A DNA stretch of 64,000 bases from Eledone cirrhosa (taxonomy: Eukaryota), in contig OZ024743.1 in the NCBI GenBank assembly GCA_964016885.1, positions 355,012,001 through 355,076,000 of the forward strand, read 5' to 3'. Positions 39,607-52,939 of this stretch are shown here, in pieces (within the stretch, counting starts at the first letter, position 1; each line of letters starts with the position of its first letter). Both the position numbers and the translations under genes were made by a program. The notes under the pieces were generated by a model that ran no database searches, was not told the origin of the DNA, and worked only from the letters and a program-made list of their open reading frames with translations.

Positions 39607-42600
39607 GCAATAATAATAATAACGACAACAACAATAATAATATACATATTCATATATATATACACACACACGCACGCACATAAGCATATCTACACACACA
39701 CACACACACACACAAACACACGATAGCAACTAACAGTGCTGCGATCGAATGTGGCTTTTTAGCCCAGCCAATGATCTAAAATGTCTTGCACAGAGTCGGC
39801 AACCAAAACATTTACTGGGAATAGTCGGCTGAGGTTGGAGTTCGTGTACTTTTGCATGTCGCTTGAGTCCTCCTGCTGATTTACATTCTCTACCACATGT
39901 TTGGCAAGCATGATGAGTAGCATCTCCAACAGCAGCCTGGTAGTCAACCACTGGTCTTACTTTATGACTGCGAAGATGACTTTCGAGTCCAGCTTTGCTT
40001 AGGCAGAGTCTCGCACAGACGCTGCATGTCAGAAACATAGGAGGACCCTCGCCGTCTGGAAGTGCAACAGCAATACCCTTCCTCACGTCCCGCTTTACTT
40101 TCTCGTGTGCGATTCGAGATGCCTCAAAGGCAACTTTTCCCTCATATACAGTCTTTCTCCATTTATTACGATCAGCAGCAATATTTTCCCATGTATCAGC
40201 AGAGATGTTAGCGTCTTTCAGAGAGGCTTTCAAGGAATCCTTATACCTCTTTTTTGGTTTATGTGGCGGTCGTTTTCCTTTAACCAACTCTCCATAGAAG
40301 AGTTGTTTTGGTATTCTAGAATCCTTCATCCTGGCAAGGTGACGACTCCAACGGAGTCGCTGCTTAAGCACAAGAGCTTCTATACTGTCACACATAGAGC
40401 TTTCCAAAATCTCGACATCACTGATGTGGTCCCTCCAGTGAACGCCATGTATCCGTCTGAGACACATCTGATGGAAACGCTCCAATTGCTTAAGGTGGCG
40501 TCGATATGTGACCCAGGTCTCGCAGGCATAAAGAAGACAAGAGAGTACACATGCCCTGTACACCTTTACCTTTGTCCTCCTGCATATGTCTCGTCGACCC
40601 CAGAGTCGCCTTTCTAGCTTTCCGAAAGCATCACTTGCTTTCCTAATCCTAAGTGAGATTTCACTGTCAAGGTTGCCGTATCGATTGACAGTGCTTCCCA
40701 GGTAGACAAACTGATCAACCACTCCAAGTCGTTTGCCATACACATAGATGTTTGGTTCAGTGTACTGCCTACCAGGGGCAGGTTGGTACATGACGACGGT
40801 TTTCTTGAGACTGACAGTCAAACCCAGGGCAGTGCAAGCGTCAGAAAATACATTCAAAATGTGCTGCATATCACTCTCTGTGTGCGCTACAAGATCGCAA
40901 TAATCTGCATACAAGAGGTCTCTTATGACTGATGTAAATACTTTTGTCTTCGCAGCAAAGCGCCTGATGTTAAATATGCTGCCTGAGGTTCGATATCGGA
41001 TGTAAACACCATGCTCGCAATTCCTGAATGCAATACAGAAAACCATTGCAAAGTATATGGCAAACAGGGTCGGTGCTGGAATATCCCCCTGTTTCACTCC
41101 ATTTTTTACTGAGATAGGCTCCGACATGTTACCTCCGACATTAACCCAAGCCTTCATGTCGTCATGGAAAGACCTAACTAAAGCAAGGAACTTATCAGGG
41201 CAACCAAGTTTCTGGAGAACCTTCCATAATGCATCTCTGTTGACAGTATCGAAAGCCTTTGTCAGATCGACAAAAACCTGATACAGATCCAAGCCCTGTT
41301 CAATGCACTTCTCCTGGAGCTGTCTAGCTGAGAAGATCATATCAGTAGTGCCGCGTCCAGCACGAAAACCAGATTGACTTTCAGGAAGGACACAATCTGC
41401 AATGTGTGTCAGCAGACGGTCCAGAAGCACCCTACATAAAACTTTCCCCACGACAGAAAGCAATGATATACCTCTGTAGTTCCCACAATCATTCCTGTTA
41501 CCCTTTCCTTTGTACAAGACCACCATTACTGCATCTCTCCAGTCCTCAGGCACGGATTCATTAGCCCATATCCTTCCAAACAGAGAGTGAAGATGTTGCA
41601 GGAGTCTCTCACCACCATATTGTAGGAGCTCAGCATGTATGCCATCCATACCTGGAGATCTTCCACTGTTCAGCTTCGAAATAGCCACTGCAACCTCCAC
41701 AAGTGTCGGAGGTTCTGCGAGAGCTACTTTCACAGGACTTTCCGGAATGAGATTGAGGAAATCTTCACTGACGACAGACGGCTGATTCAAAAGATCATCA
41801 AAGTGCTCTCGCCACCTTCGTAGAATTCCCTGTGAGTCACGAAGAAGTTCTTTGCCATCCTTGCTGCGAATCGGTGTCACCAGAGAAGAAGACGGTCCAT
41901 AAACCTCACGCAAGAGACTGTACAACAGCTTTGTGTTATTGCAATCAGACGCAGTTTGTATCTCACCAGCCTTCTCACTCCACCACTGATCCTTCATCTG
42001 AGAAAGACTCCGCCTAACACGTGATTTTACATCCCTGAGCTCCTCATGCAACGTATTCCTCTCCTGTGGTTTTGCCGTCAAGTAGCGTGACAGAGCACGC
42101 CTCTTATCAGCCAACAAGTCATCTATATGCACATCTTTCTCATTAAACCAGTCCTGATGTTTTCTCTGCACCAATCCCAGAACACGTCTGCCTACATCAT
42201 AAACCGACTTTTTAAGGGTCGGCCAATCCTCACCAAGATCTGCAGCCTGCATCTCTTCTTCCAATGTCCTCTTCACATTTTTATCCTTAAGACGAGCAGC
42301 ATTCAATCTTTTGGGCAGGGTAACACCAGGAGCCCGGATTTTACGTTTGGTGATTAGATTCACTTTTGCGCATACCAGGCGGTGGTCCGTCCAGCACTCA
42401 GCTCCACGAAGAACACGAACACACTGCACATCCTGTCTGTCACGCATCCTGACTAGGACGTAGTCCAAAAGATGCCATTCCTTAGATGCAGGATGCATCC
42501 ATGTGGTCTTGAATTTGTTCTTTTGTTGGAACATGGTGTTGGTAACACACAGATCCAGCTCCTCACACATCTGCAGCAAGAGCATACCATTGCTGTTACA

Positions 42601-43314
42601 CTTTCCCACCCCATGCCTTCCGATTACATTCCATGTGTTAAAATCCCTACCCACTCTAGCATTAAAGTCACCAAGCACGATGACTTTGTCTGCCTGAGGG
42701 ATATTTCTTAAAACACCTTTCAAGGCATGGTAAAAGGACAGTTTTTCTTCATCGACAGAATTCATAGTTGGAGCATACACACTCACCAGGGTAGCATATC
42801 TTCCCTTGTCCAGCGGAACTCTCATGGACATAAGACGCTCACTAATCCCCACTGGGAATTCTTCTAATTTATTCACCAGTACAGTCTTAACAGCAAATCC
42901 TACCCCAGCCTCTCTTCTGGTTCCTTCATCTCTTCCTTTCCAGAAGAATGTATATTCTCCACAAAATTCCGTAAGATGACCATCTCCAGCTAACCTCGTC
43001 TCAGACAAAGCCACGATGTCAAGATCGTAACGTCGAAGCTCCTTTGCAACAAGAGCGGTCCTTCGTTCAGGACGCTCCAAAGAATCCCTGTCAAGCAGCG
43101 TCCGTACGTTCCAGCAGCCAAGACTAAATGCCCTGTTTGGCTCTATTACAATGGCACGATGACGGGCGGGCCCAGGTTGTGATAACTTGGGGCCCCTGCC
43201 CTTATTGCCAATGATCTTTTTTGTTCCAGAACCCAAATTGGCAATTATCTCGTTTACATTGTTCTGGAACATCATTGAATTGGAAAAAAAAAAGAAAAAA
43301 AAAAAGTAATAATA

Positions 43315-43349
<35 letters not shown>

Positions 43350-43654
43350 ACACTATTAATAATTATTAATGCAATCGTGCAATGCCTGTGCGTGACGAAT
43401 ATTTTTAAAGTGAGGAAAGACTGTGCACTGAACCAATCCCACTCTCTGAGCGACAGTAGCTATAACCCGAAAAGAAGAAAAGATCAACATCATCGGTAAC
43501 TACTGAGCCGCAGGTTTTATATCGGAGTTAACCCAGTTTCCTGAGATGCCTTCTCCTAGAAGAATACCCTGACATGGGCTAGGGGTTCTTCACTCCCAGT
43601 GGTTTAACTGCGCGATCGGGCATCCAGCCCGATTATTTCTATGTCCCCGCGCAA
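39252..43654 (-). mobile_element. RTE-clade LINE, essentially full length
   Basis: Single APE+RT ORF; 5' UTR with ctaggagaagg motif; microsatellite-filled 3' UTR ending in a ctcg-ataa-cgag hairpin and a (CAT)n tail at about 39252. Confidence 0.9.
39730..43275 (-). CDS. RTE LINE protein: APE endonuclease, reverse transcriptase (YADY variant) and three C2H2 zinc fingers
   Basis: 1181-aa ORF: WNVRTL, ALSET, GDFNARVG, TDHRL; YRGISLL, QSGFR, DLTKAFD, GVKQG, LLYADY; CSVC..H..H, CQTC..H..H, CRLC..H..H. Confidence 0.9.
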   Translation of the reverse strand: MMFQNNVNEIIANLGSGTKKIIGNKGRGPKLSQPGPARHRAIVIEPNRAFSLGCWNVRTLLDRDSLERPERRTALVAKELRRYDLDIVALSETRLAGDGHLTEFCGEYTFFWKGRDEGTRREAGVGFAVKTVLVNKLEEFPVGISERLMSMRVPLDKGRYATLVSVYAPTMNSVDEEKLSFYHALKGVLRNIPQADKVIVLGDFNARVGRDFNTWNVIGRHGVGKCNSNGMLLLQMCEELDLCVTNTMFQQKNKFKTTWMHPASKEWHLLDYVLVRMRDRQDVQCVRVLRGAECWTDHRLVCAKVNLITKRKIRAPGVTLPKRLNAARLKDKNVKRTLEEEMQAADLGEDWPTLKKSVYDVGRRVLGLVQRKHQDWFNEKDVHIDDLLADKRRALSRYLTAKPQERNTLHEELRDVKSRVRRSLSQMKDQWWSEKAGEIQTASDCNNTKLLYSLLREVYGPSSSLVTPIRSKDGKELLRDSQGILRRWREHFDDLLNQPSVVSEDFLNLIPESPVKVALAEPPTLVEVAVAISKLNSGRSPGMDGIHAELLQYGGERLLQHLHSLFGRIWANESVPEDWRDAVMVVLYKGKGNRNDCGNYRGISLLSVVGKVLCRVLLDRLLTHIADCVLPESQSGFRAGRGTTDMIFSARQLQEKCIEQGLDLYQVFVDLTKAFDTVNRDALWKVLQKLGCPDKFLALVRSFHDDMKAWVNVGGNMSEPISVKNGVKQGDIPAPTLFAIYFAMVFCIAFRNCEHGVYIRYRTSGSIFNIRRFAAKTKVFTSVIRDLLYADYCDLVAHTESDMQHILNVFSDACTALGLTVSLKKTVVMYQPAPGRQYTEPNIYVYGKRLGVVDQFVYLGSTVNRYGNLDSEISLRIRKASDAFGKLERRLWGRRDICRRTKVKVYRACVLSCLLYACETWVTYRRHLKQLERFHQMCLRRIHGVHWRDHISDVEILESSMCDSIEALVLKQRLRWSRHLARMKDSRIPKQLFYGELVKGKRPPHKPKKRYKDSLKASLKDANISADTWENIAADRNKWRKTVYEGKVAFEASRIAHEKVKRDVRKGIAVALPDGEGPPMFLTCSVCARLCLSKAGLESHLRSHKVRPVVDYQAAVGDATHHACQTCGRECKSAGGLKRHAKVHELQPQPTIPSKCFGCRLCARHFRSLAGLKSHIRSQHC

Positions 43655-44114
43655 AAAAAAAAAAAAAAAAAAAAAAAATTACTTATTGACACTTATACGT
43701 ACGACATACACACACACGCATACATATGCGTGCACACAGCAACACTCATACATACAACAAACACACACACACGCTACTCTACTCACTTACACGCACACAC
43801 ACACATATATATATATATTACCGTCATTACTGATACAAAATTACCAGATTATGTCAACTGTTGACTTTCAAGAGTTTGTATAGTTGAAGCCGATCGTATT
43901 ACAGTCCAGTATTACTATAATTGCTTTACAGCATAGAGTTATGGCTCTTTCACGGAGTCAACAAAAGAGAGTACCAGTGATGCGCTGGCCAGTCGCTGGA
44001 TCCGTGCCAAAAGCAGAAAAATTATTATTAAAGTTGTTCTTAAGGCCAGGTCGCTGGTGATGGTGATGGCGACGGCGGTGGCGGTGGTGGTGGTGGTGGC
44101 AGTTGATGTTGTTG

Positions 44115-44197
<83 letters not shown>

Positions 44198-44899
44198 GTT
44201 ATTTTGAGTTTTTTTTTTCCTTTCTTTTTTTTTTTCTTTTCCCCTTCCCTTTTCTTTTTTCTTTTCCCTTCCTTTTTTTATGTTTTGATGCCGCTGTTGT
44301 TGTTGTTGTTGTAATTGTTGTAAATGTTCATTTCAGTTCATTCTGAAGCTGTTGTTGCTGTAAACATTAGTGCCGGTGTTGTTGTTGTTGTAGATGTTGG
44401 GGTTGAAATCTGGTTGTTTGACTGAGTGATGTATATACACACATATACATACACACACATATATATATATACATTCAACAGAGAGTAGAGAGTTTGACAA
44501 CAGGTCGATGACTTTAGTCTCGATAGGGTATGGTATGGTAATGACATGTGATGGTGGGGAGAGAGTGTAGACGTTATTGTGGTGGTGTGGACAGTGAGAT
44601 GTATCTAGTTCATTTGACCGTTTTCTTCTCTTAGCAAAATTTGAATTCTAGCCATGTTATATTGAGATGTAAGTAAATGTAAAATATAAATAAGGATTGC
44701 TCTGCTAAAATATACTAAAATATTTGTGTAACTTCCACAAACTTCTGTCGTGACATTCCCGAGTCCAGTAACCAACAAATTGTTGTATTTTGATGTTTCA
44801 GAATACAAAAATTAATTAAAAACTTACCCCACGAAGAGACAGCGTGTGTTGTCCTATCTATAAGCTCCCTCATACATATATATATATACATATATATAT

Positions 44900-44951
<52 letters not shown>

Positions 44952-45507
44952 ATATATGTATATATGTATATATATATATATGTGTGCGCGTGCGTGTGTA
45001 TGTATGTATATCTCTCTATAAATAACATTTTTTGTCTCTCTGTCTGTTTCCTATGCATTCTCAAACGGCTCGACCATATCAAATCAAATTTTACAAGGTA
45101 TTAGACCCGGGAGTCTCGACATGTAATTTTTACTTTCATTTGAATTAAAACGAAAGTAAACAACACAACGTCTACGATGTCACATTTTGTATCTGAATTT
45201 GTATGTTTCTGTGAGCGTGTGTGTGTTTGCGCTCTCGTTAAGTACATTATTAAATACATACACACATATTTACACATAGATATACATATGTGTCGACTGA
45301 CAAAAAAAAAATTAGGTGTAAAGCTATGCCTGTGTCTGTATGAATCTATGTCTGTCTTATTATATGTATGTGAGTGTATATGAAAGTGCATGTGTGTGAG
45401 TGTGCATCAACAATTTATTATTTGGACAACAACATTACAATTTTAATATTTTTTAAGATAAATTATAGATATTTTGAAATCATTATGAGAAAAAAAAACA
45501 TATCTTC

Positions 45508-45554
<47 letters not shown>

Positions 45555-45837
45555 CGAAGGAAATGCGTCCACAATTAGCCGTCGAAACGGTTTCAGCTCA
45601 GCCGTCGGGGTCCTACTCGTCCCTATATATATATATATATATATATATAAGGAAGGAGGTGTGCTAAGGAACCAGATGGAACATAACGCACCAGCGTACT
45701 CAATACTTAGGGTAGTAGTGTGGGTAATAGGAAAATGTTTGATTCCGACGGCAGATCTCAAGCGGTTTCGACGGCTATTTCTGGACAGAAATAGCCGTCG
45801 AAACGGCTTGAGCTCTGCCGTCGGGTTCAAACATTTT

Positions 45838-45893
<56 letters not shown>

Positions 45894-46261
45894 CCTGGGT
45901 ACAGACATACACACACATGCATACACACACACAAGCATGCACACAGACACCCTAATAAATTTTCTCGATAAATATAATTCCACCCCTCTCTTCAATTATT
46001 CTATATGAATTTGACCAGGCAGATACATCCGGATGGGCACATAAACACACACATACTAAGTTAGATATCTACACACATAGCCACTCCCTAACCATATATG
46101 AAAAATACACTCATGTGAAGAGATTTTACAATTGGATGAATAATGTATATGGACACACCACAGCCTCTGATGATACAGTCAGTTAACCGCCAAGGCTTTC
46201 GGCAATTAGTCTGGAACTACCTTTGAAACGGCAAGAGCTCATCTGTCGGGGTCCTGACACT

Positions 46262-46311
<50 letters not shown>

Positions 46312-46388
46312 CATCACGGGTTCAATCGGGGGTAACCACAGTAACTAAGGTACTCAATACATAGCAGAGTATTTACTTTGACAGTCGG

Positions 46389-46435
46389 CTTCCTGATGAT
46401 TTCTCCCGAATGAAACAGTTCTAGTCCTGTAGAAG
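46389..46435 (+). ncRNA. Type I hammerhead ribozyme of a short dispersed repeat family
   Basis: cttc-CTGATGA-tttc tccc gaat-GAAA-cag ttctagtc ctg-TA-gaag; partial copies at about 11415, 39074, 51855 and 54975. Confidence 0.7.
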
Positions 46436-46477
46436 ACTTTTTTATATTATATATTAAAAATATATATATATATATTA

Positions 46478-46582
<105 letters not shown>

Positions 46583-47079
46583 TGTGTGTGTATGTATGTA
46601 TATACGTATGTAAATTTTATTTAATCATATCTTATTATATGCAGAGAGAGAAAGAGGGAGAGGGGTGGAGAGACTGTACCATTCAGATACGGAAAGTAAT
46701 GATGTGATGAAGGAAAATGAGAGAGAAATGAAAAGAAAGAAAGACTGACAATAATTAAAAAAACACGGGAAAGTATATATAGTGAAGCAGAAGCCTGAAA
46801 CTAAACAAAAGAAAAATCATGGTGAAAGATAGAAAAATGTAAACAACTACAAAAACGAAAGCTAAGAGAGAGAAAAATATAGAATACTGATAACAAATTC
46901 AGATTAAGAATGAAGTGGATAGAGAAAAAAACGGTGGAGTTAAATTTAGTAAATATGAAGAGAGGAATGAATGAATGTGAGATTGCGGTAGGAAAAATTG
47001 AGTGTAAAAATAAAATTTAAATAAAGTAGAAAACGACAGGACTTAAAATTATACATATATGTTGTTATGTATAAATGTG

Positions 47080-48390
47080 GATGGGGATGTCGCCAATATT
47101 GCAAATACAATAAAACACACGCACCATATAATTTTCAATTTATCTTTGTGTTTGTTGTTCTTTGTTCATTCGTTTGGGAAAGTTCTTTGTCACACATCTA
47201 TGACACTCTCAATGATTATCTGTTTTCTGCCTCTTCCTTTTCCTGGTCTTAAAGTTCTACTCCATCTTTTCTTTATTTGTTTTGTCGTGCTATTTTTCTG
47301 TCATGTCTGTGTATGAGTTTGCACCTGCATCACTCTTTATGTGTATGTGTCTTTGTGTTCGTCATCTCTATGTGTGTGTGTTTGTTTGTTTCATTTGCTG
47401 TTTTGCTGTTTAACAATATAACGAAGGCCAATTCATGGTACGACAGTAAAAAATACCAGAGTATCATGTCCGTCGTTGCTAATGCTAGAGGCGAACTAGC
47501 TTATCATTTTAGAAGAACTTTAGAGAAAATAGTAGAAAACCAGGAACTATCATAAAATCCCAGATCGAGAAAGTCCCCTGTACTGATAGACACTGTATAG
47601 ACTTTAAGATAAGACCACGGATAAATGGTAAAACTAGATAAGATTTTACAGAGGGACGTTGCAGAAACAAGACGACAAAATACTCATGAGAGACAGCCCA
47701 TAATATAGGAACGGGATTAAAGAAACACTGGCGAGAACTTAAGTAGGGGAACGGCTCATCAGTACTATAACAATACACCAAACTAGAACACGAGGACTTT
47801 ATAGTTAACATAGAAATAAAGGTCATATACACACATAGAACTGACGCAAGACTCAGACAAATTACAGGGGCCACACACATAATAGAATATCCTCCTAGCC
47901 TGAACAGAAAACACGAGTGGAATAGTAACAGCTCACAACTTAACGTCTGAAGACAGAATAGGTAAAACACACCAGAAACTGTAAAACAGCAATCAATACA
48001 ACCCCGCCCCAACACACAGACACTCAAAAATACACATACACTTGACAAACACAAAAACACTTACACGCACACAGTGACGAAGGTGCAAACACATGCGCAG
48101 ACACGAACACACGAAAAAGGCACCAGAAAATAATCAGATAAGATGGTATAGAATTTTAGACCAGGAAAAAGAAGAGGCACAAAACAGATAGTCATTGAGT
48201 AGGTTACAGAATGTGTGACGAAATAATTTTCTCAAACGAATGAACAACAAATATTAAAGATAAAGATAAAGTGAAAATTATATGGTGCATTTGTTTCTTT
48301 CTATGAGAAATATTGGCAAAATATATCTCCAAATATAACAATATCAGTTTCATCACACGATTTCACATACTGCATCTCGCAGCGCACATA
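47080..48390 (+). mobile_element. Old degraded copy of PLE family A with an inverted 5' pLTR
   Basis: ANSWYDSKKYQSIM.. matches 10290 onward; decayed HHR near 48190-48225; about 47085-47410 is an inverted copy of the 3' region. Confidence 0.7.
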
Positions 48391-48573
48391 CACACACACA
48401 CACACACACATGCACACACACACGCACACACACACATACACACACATACACGCACACACACGCATATATATATATATATATACAATGTGGTTTACCTTTT
48501 GTGGTAGGATCTATACCGTAGCTAGAACACAATGTAATCCGTTAGCAAGTAATTCAGTCAGATCCAGAGATAG

Positions 48574-48693
48574 ATTGTTTCCGATGAAGACGGTATAATC
48601 GAATCTATATATTATGTCTGATAGTATACAGGTCTCTAACTGCTATAGATCAGTCAATATATCATCAACCCTCCGAAACGATCGTAAAACAAT
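48574..48693 (+). ncRNA. Type I hammerhead-like motif with core CCGATGA and a long stem II insert
   Basis: attgttt-CCGATGA-..-GAAA-cgatcg-TA-aaacaat; 7-bp stem I, palindromic stem III. Confidence 0.6.
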
Positions 48694-48789
48694 GAAGTGA
48701 ATATGTAAAATAACTTTCCTTCGCTATTATTATCATTGTTAAACTAATATCTTATATATATATATATATATATATAATGCAGGAGGTGA

Positions 48790-51685
48790 GTTTTATTGTA
48801 GTACAATAAAGCAATGCAGATATCGGATAAGAAGCACTCTACAGTTTGTAGGACTGGAGTATAAATAATATAAGATCAAAAGATGGTTAAAGGAGTTCCA
48901 TGTATTTTATTATGCGCATTTCAAAAACAAACATCATCATGCAATAATATTTGTGTTTTCATCAGATAAAACAGGAGAACATCTTGGATAGAATTATCCC
49001 ACAGGTTAGTTCTAATTGCTCTTCTTTGAACCTAAATTTATGGTTTGGTACTTCTGAAGTGATTGGCTGGTTCAACAAATTGGATAATAAAAACAAACTA
49101 AAATTTATTCAATTTGATATTGCCAGCTACTATTCCTCCATTTCGCCTTCACTTCTCAATAATGCTCTATCTTTCGCACTTAAATATTCTGACATCACCA
49201 CAGATGAACTTCACATCATCCTCACCGCACGTAAAACCATCCTAGAGTTCAACAACGAATATTGGACCAGAGCCGATACCTCTAACAACTTCGACATCAC
49301 AATGGGAGCATCCGATTCATCCCAATTGACTGATTTAATTGGTATCTTCATTTTGAACTCTTTGAGTCGGAAAATCCCTCAACTTCGCGGTGGAATTTAT
49401 CGTGACGATGGACTCTTTACTATCCTAAATTGCAATATAGTTAACCTTAATATTATTAAGAACAATATACGTAATCTCTTTAACCAACATAACCTAAAAA
49501 TCGAGTTTGATAATAGTATCAAACTAGCTAATTTCTTGGATGTATCTCTTAATCTTGACACTGGCCTATATTACCCTTACCATAAAAACAATGAGAACCT
49601 AAATTATGTTAACTTTAAATCTAACCATCCTACCAATATCAAGAATGCTATAGTTAGTAATATTGGAAAAAGAATATCTAACATATCTTCTAATAAAAAC
49701 ATCTTTGATGCTAACGCCAATTACTATAATAACGCACTTTCTAAAGCCGGCTATCCAGATAAAATCAAATATAGTAAAGAAACAAATTCTAGAAAAACTT
49801 ACAGTAGAATAATTAATCATGATCATTCCAATAATTTTAATAAAAGACCTAGATACAAAAACATAATCTGGTATAATGCTCCTTTCTCCATCTCTATTAA
49901 TAACAATATTCCTAAATTATTTTTAGTGCCTTAAATAAATGCTTCCCTCCCTCACATATCTATAGTAAAATATTTAACAAACACACCATCAACTTCGCTA
50001 AATGTTCATAATCCAACTCTAAATCAAGAAACTATTATTCCTATTATTCCTATCGCAAACAACTTCTCCAATCCAATTCCTTCTATAGATAACACTAGGT
50101 CACTCATTAATAATCTCTCTAATTGCAACTGCCGCATTAAAAATAAATGTCCTCTCAACAACCATTGTCTCGATAAAAACTTAATTTATGAATGTAAAGT
50201 TATAACTAGCACCAATTCCTTCACCTATTTTGGCTCCACTTCCACCTCTTTTAAAGCTCGTCTCTATAATCACCATTCATCTTTCAAATACAAACTTAAA
50301 AGAACCAACACGGCTCTCTCAGAACTCATATGGTCCTTGAAAGACAAAAACATTAAATATACCATCTTTTGGAAGAAGGTTTCATCTGCATCCTCATACT
50401 TGAACAGCTCTCTATCTAAAATCTGTAATCTCTGCCTAAATGAAAAATTTACCATTATCTCTAATCTAGATTCTATAATAAATAGACGTACAGATTTGTT
50501 TTCTATCTGCCTGCATAAATTCCATAGGACTTTTCACAAAGTATACAATTAATATTAAATTCTTTATCAATTTAGAATCTTTTCTCAAAGGCACATATAC
50601 ATACACCTCTTTAAAATATACCCATCTTCCTACCTTACTTCAAAGGGCATTATACACTCTATAATACTTGTTTACTCATTACCCTCTTTCTATCTTCACC
50701 TTGTAAAATCCTTCATAACATATACATTTGTTTTTTTGACGTTAGAATATTCATCTGCAATTATTATTATTTTTTCTCTCTATCACAAAACTTTTTAATC
50801 TCAATTTCATCCTTAATTTATTATTTTTTTCTCCCCATCAACGAACTCATTCTTAATACATATTAACTCTTTATTCGCACATATTATCAATTCCTTCAAT
50901 ATACAAACTTTAACTTCACATTATTTTTCTCAAATCCTTCTACACACAAACCTTAATAATTTTTTTCTCTTCGTTAATTTTGAAATTACCACAATACTTA
51001 TCAACATACACTTTTTTTGACGTTAGAATATTCATCCACAATTATTATTTTTTTTTTCTCTCTATCTTCATACATAAATTCCCTTCGTTAATTTTCAAAT
51101 TCTTCTAATTTATACATTATCTTCCAACGGTTCTCAACCTCTCTATATAAAACAATATATTTTTTCTCAGTTATAAAAACTATCTCTTTCTCTCTATCAC
51201 CCATCTCTCCCTCTCCACCTTCACTCTCATCTCCTCCCCCTTTTTTCATCCTTTCCACCCCCCTCCCTAAATAAAATATTTTTTCCTCGTACATATCTTC
51301 CCTTCGTTAATTTTCAAATTCTTTTAATTTATACATTATCTTCCAACGGTTTTCAACCTCTCTATGTAAAACAATATATCTTCTCTCAGTTATAAAAACT
51401 ATCTCTTTCTCTCTATCACCCATCTCTCCCTCTCATCTCCTCCCCTTTTTCATCCTTTCCACCCCCCCCTCTCTAAATAAAATATTTTTCCCAATATCAC
51501 ACATCAATCTAAAACCACTTTTCATATGTTGATTTAAAACTGTACTATCCACAAGTGTTTTTTAGCCTTCATATCATGTTCTCCTGTTTTATCTGATGAA
51601 AACACAAATATTATTGCATGATGATGTTTGTTTTTGAAATGCGCATAATAAAATACATGGAACTCCTTTAACCATCTTTTGATCT

Positions 51686-51692
<7 letters not shown>
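48790..51692 (+). mobile_element. PLE family B, 5'-truncated, with an inverted pLTR
   Basis: FIQFDIASYY, FDITMGASD, GGIYRDDGL, NFLDVSLNL, SNHP (48985-49934), frameshifted GIY-YIG to 50552; 48866-48982 is the reverse complement of 51576-51692. Confidence 0.9.
51587..51653 (+). ncRNA. Minimal type I hammerhead ribozyme (inverted twin at 48905-48971)
   Basis: ttttat-CTGATGA-aaac..gtttt-GAAA-tgcgca-TA-ataaaa; palindromic ATGCGCAT. Confidence 0.75.
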
Positions 51693-51771
<79 letters not shown>

Positions 51772-51900
51772 TGTGTTTGTGTGTGGTTGTGTGTGTGTGT
51801 GTATGTGTGTGTGTGTGTCTGTGTGTGCGTGTGTGTGTGCGTGTGTTACCCGGGTTCAATGATTTCCTTTGAATGAAACAGTTCTAGTCCTGTAGTAATC

Positions 51901-51945
<45 letters not shown>

Positions 51946-51960
51946 TAAATGTATATCTAT

Positions 51961-52039
<79 letters not shown>

Positions 52040-52939
52040 TATATATGTATATATAATAAATGTATATATATATATAAAAGTATATATAGATATAATATTC
52101 CTACATGTATACATATATGTATGCACAAATATGTGTATGTGCGTGCGTGTGTACACAGAGTGAGAGAGAGAGAAAGAAGAGATAGATAGTGAATGAAACA
52201 GTAAGAGAGGAAGACGGGAATTATGAAAAAAGAAAGCACGCAAGAAAGAAGAGATGGCAGTGTTATTTAATACTTGACAGATGTCACTGTACATGTGAGT
52301 TTATCAGATTTGTGAGAGAGGTCTTGTATGACAGCATCTGATGTATATATTGTCCGTTTAGACAATATATATCAGACATTGTTTCATTTAGTATGTGATG
52401 GGTGGTAGTATGTGTAGGGGCTATGGAGCAGTAATAATATGATCCCTTTTCAGCGCTGTCCTAACAGTAACTCTTCTAAGACAGATAAACACTACTCTTT
52501 TCACATTCATGTCCAAAATCTCTATTGTGAAATTATATACGAGAATTTCACAAAACCTATTAGTTTAGTGTACCTTGAGGACCAAAAGTATTTTATCATA
52601 TTCTAGCAAGATCCTGCCTGTTCTACTTCTCAAATCGAGAGACAAGCTGAAATATTTAAGTATTCTACCACAAGGTATTAAGCCAATGCTAATGGAAATA
52701 ACAGCCAAATCTTCGAATTATAGCTGAAATAAATAAGGAGTAGATGATATAATCGTAGACATATGCCTGTGAAAATGCTTTCTTTATTCAAATGCCTGTC
52801 AAAATAAGACAACAAAAGTCACGAAGATCACCAAAAGAATCTGTTTGATCAATGCTCAGATCAAATGATGCTTAATGTCTTGATGTTAAACAACAGCAAT
52901 AGTATGTATATTCCTGTTTGAGCACTAAACTCTTGTTTT

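Noticed and set aside
39733-40030. Host C2H2 zinc-finger gene
   Set aside because: The fingers are in frame at the end of the RTE ORF
43480-43654. HDV-like ribozyme in the RTE leader
   Set aside because: A hairpin (atcgggc/gcccgat) is present but I could not build the double pseudoknot
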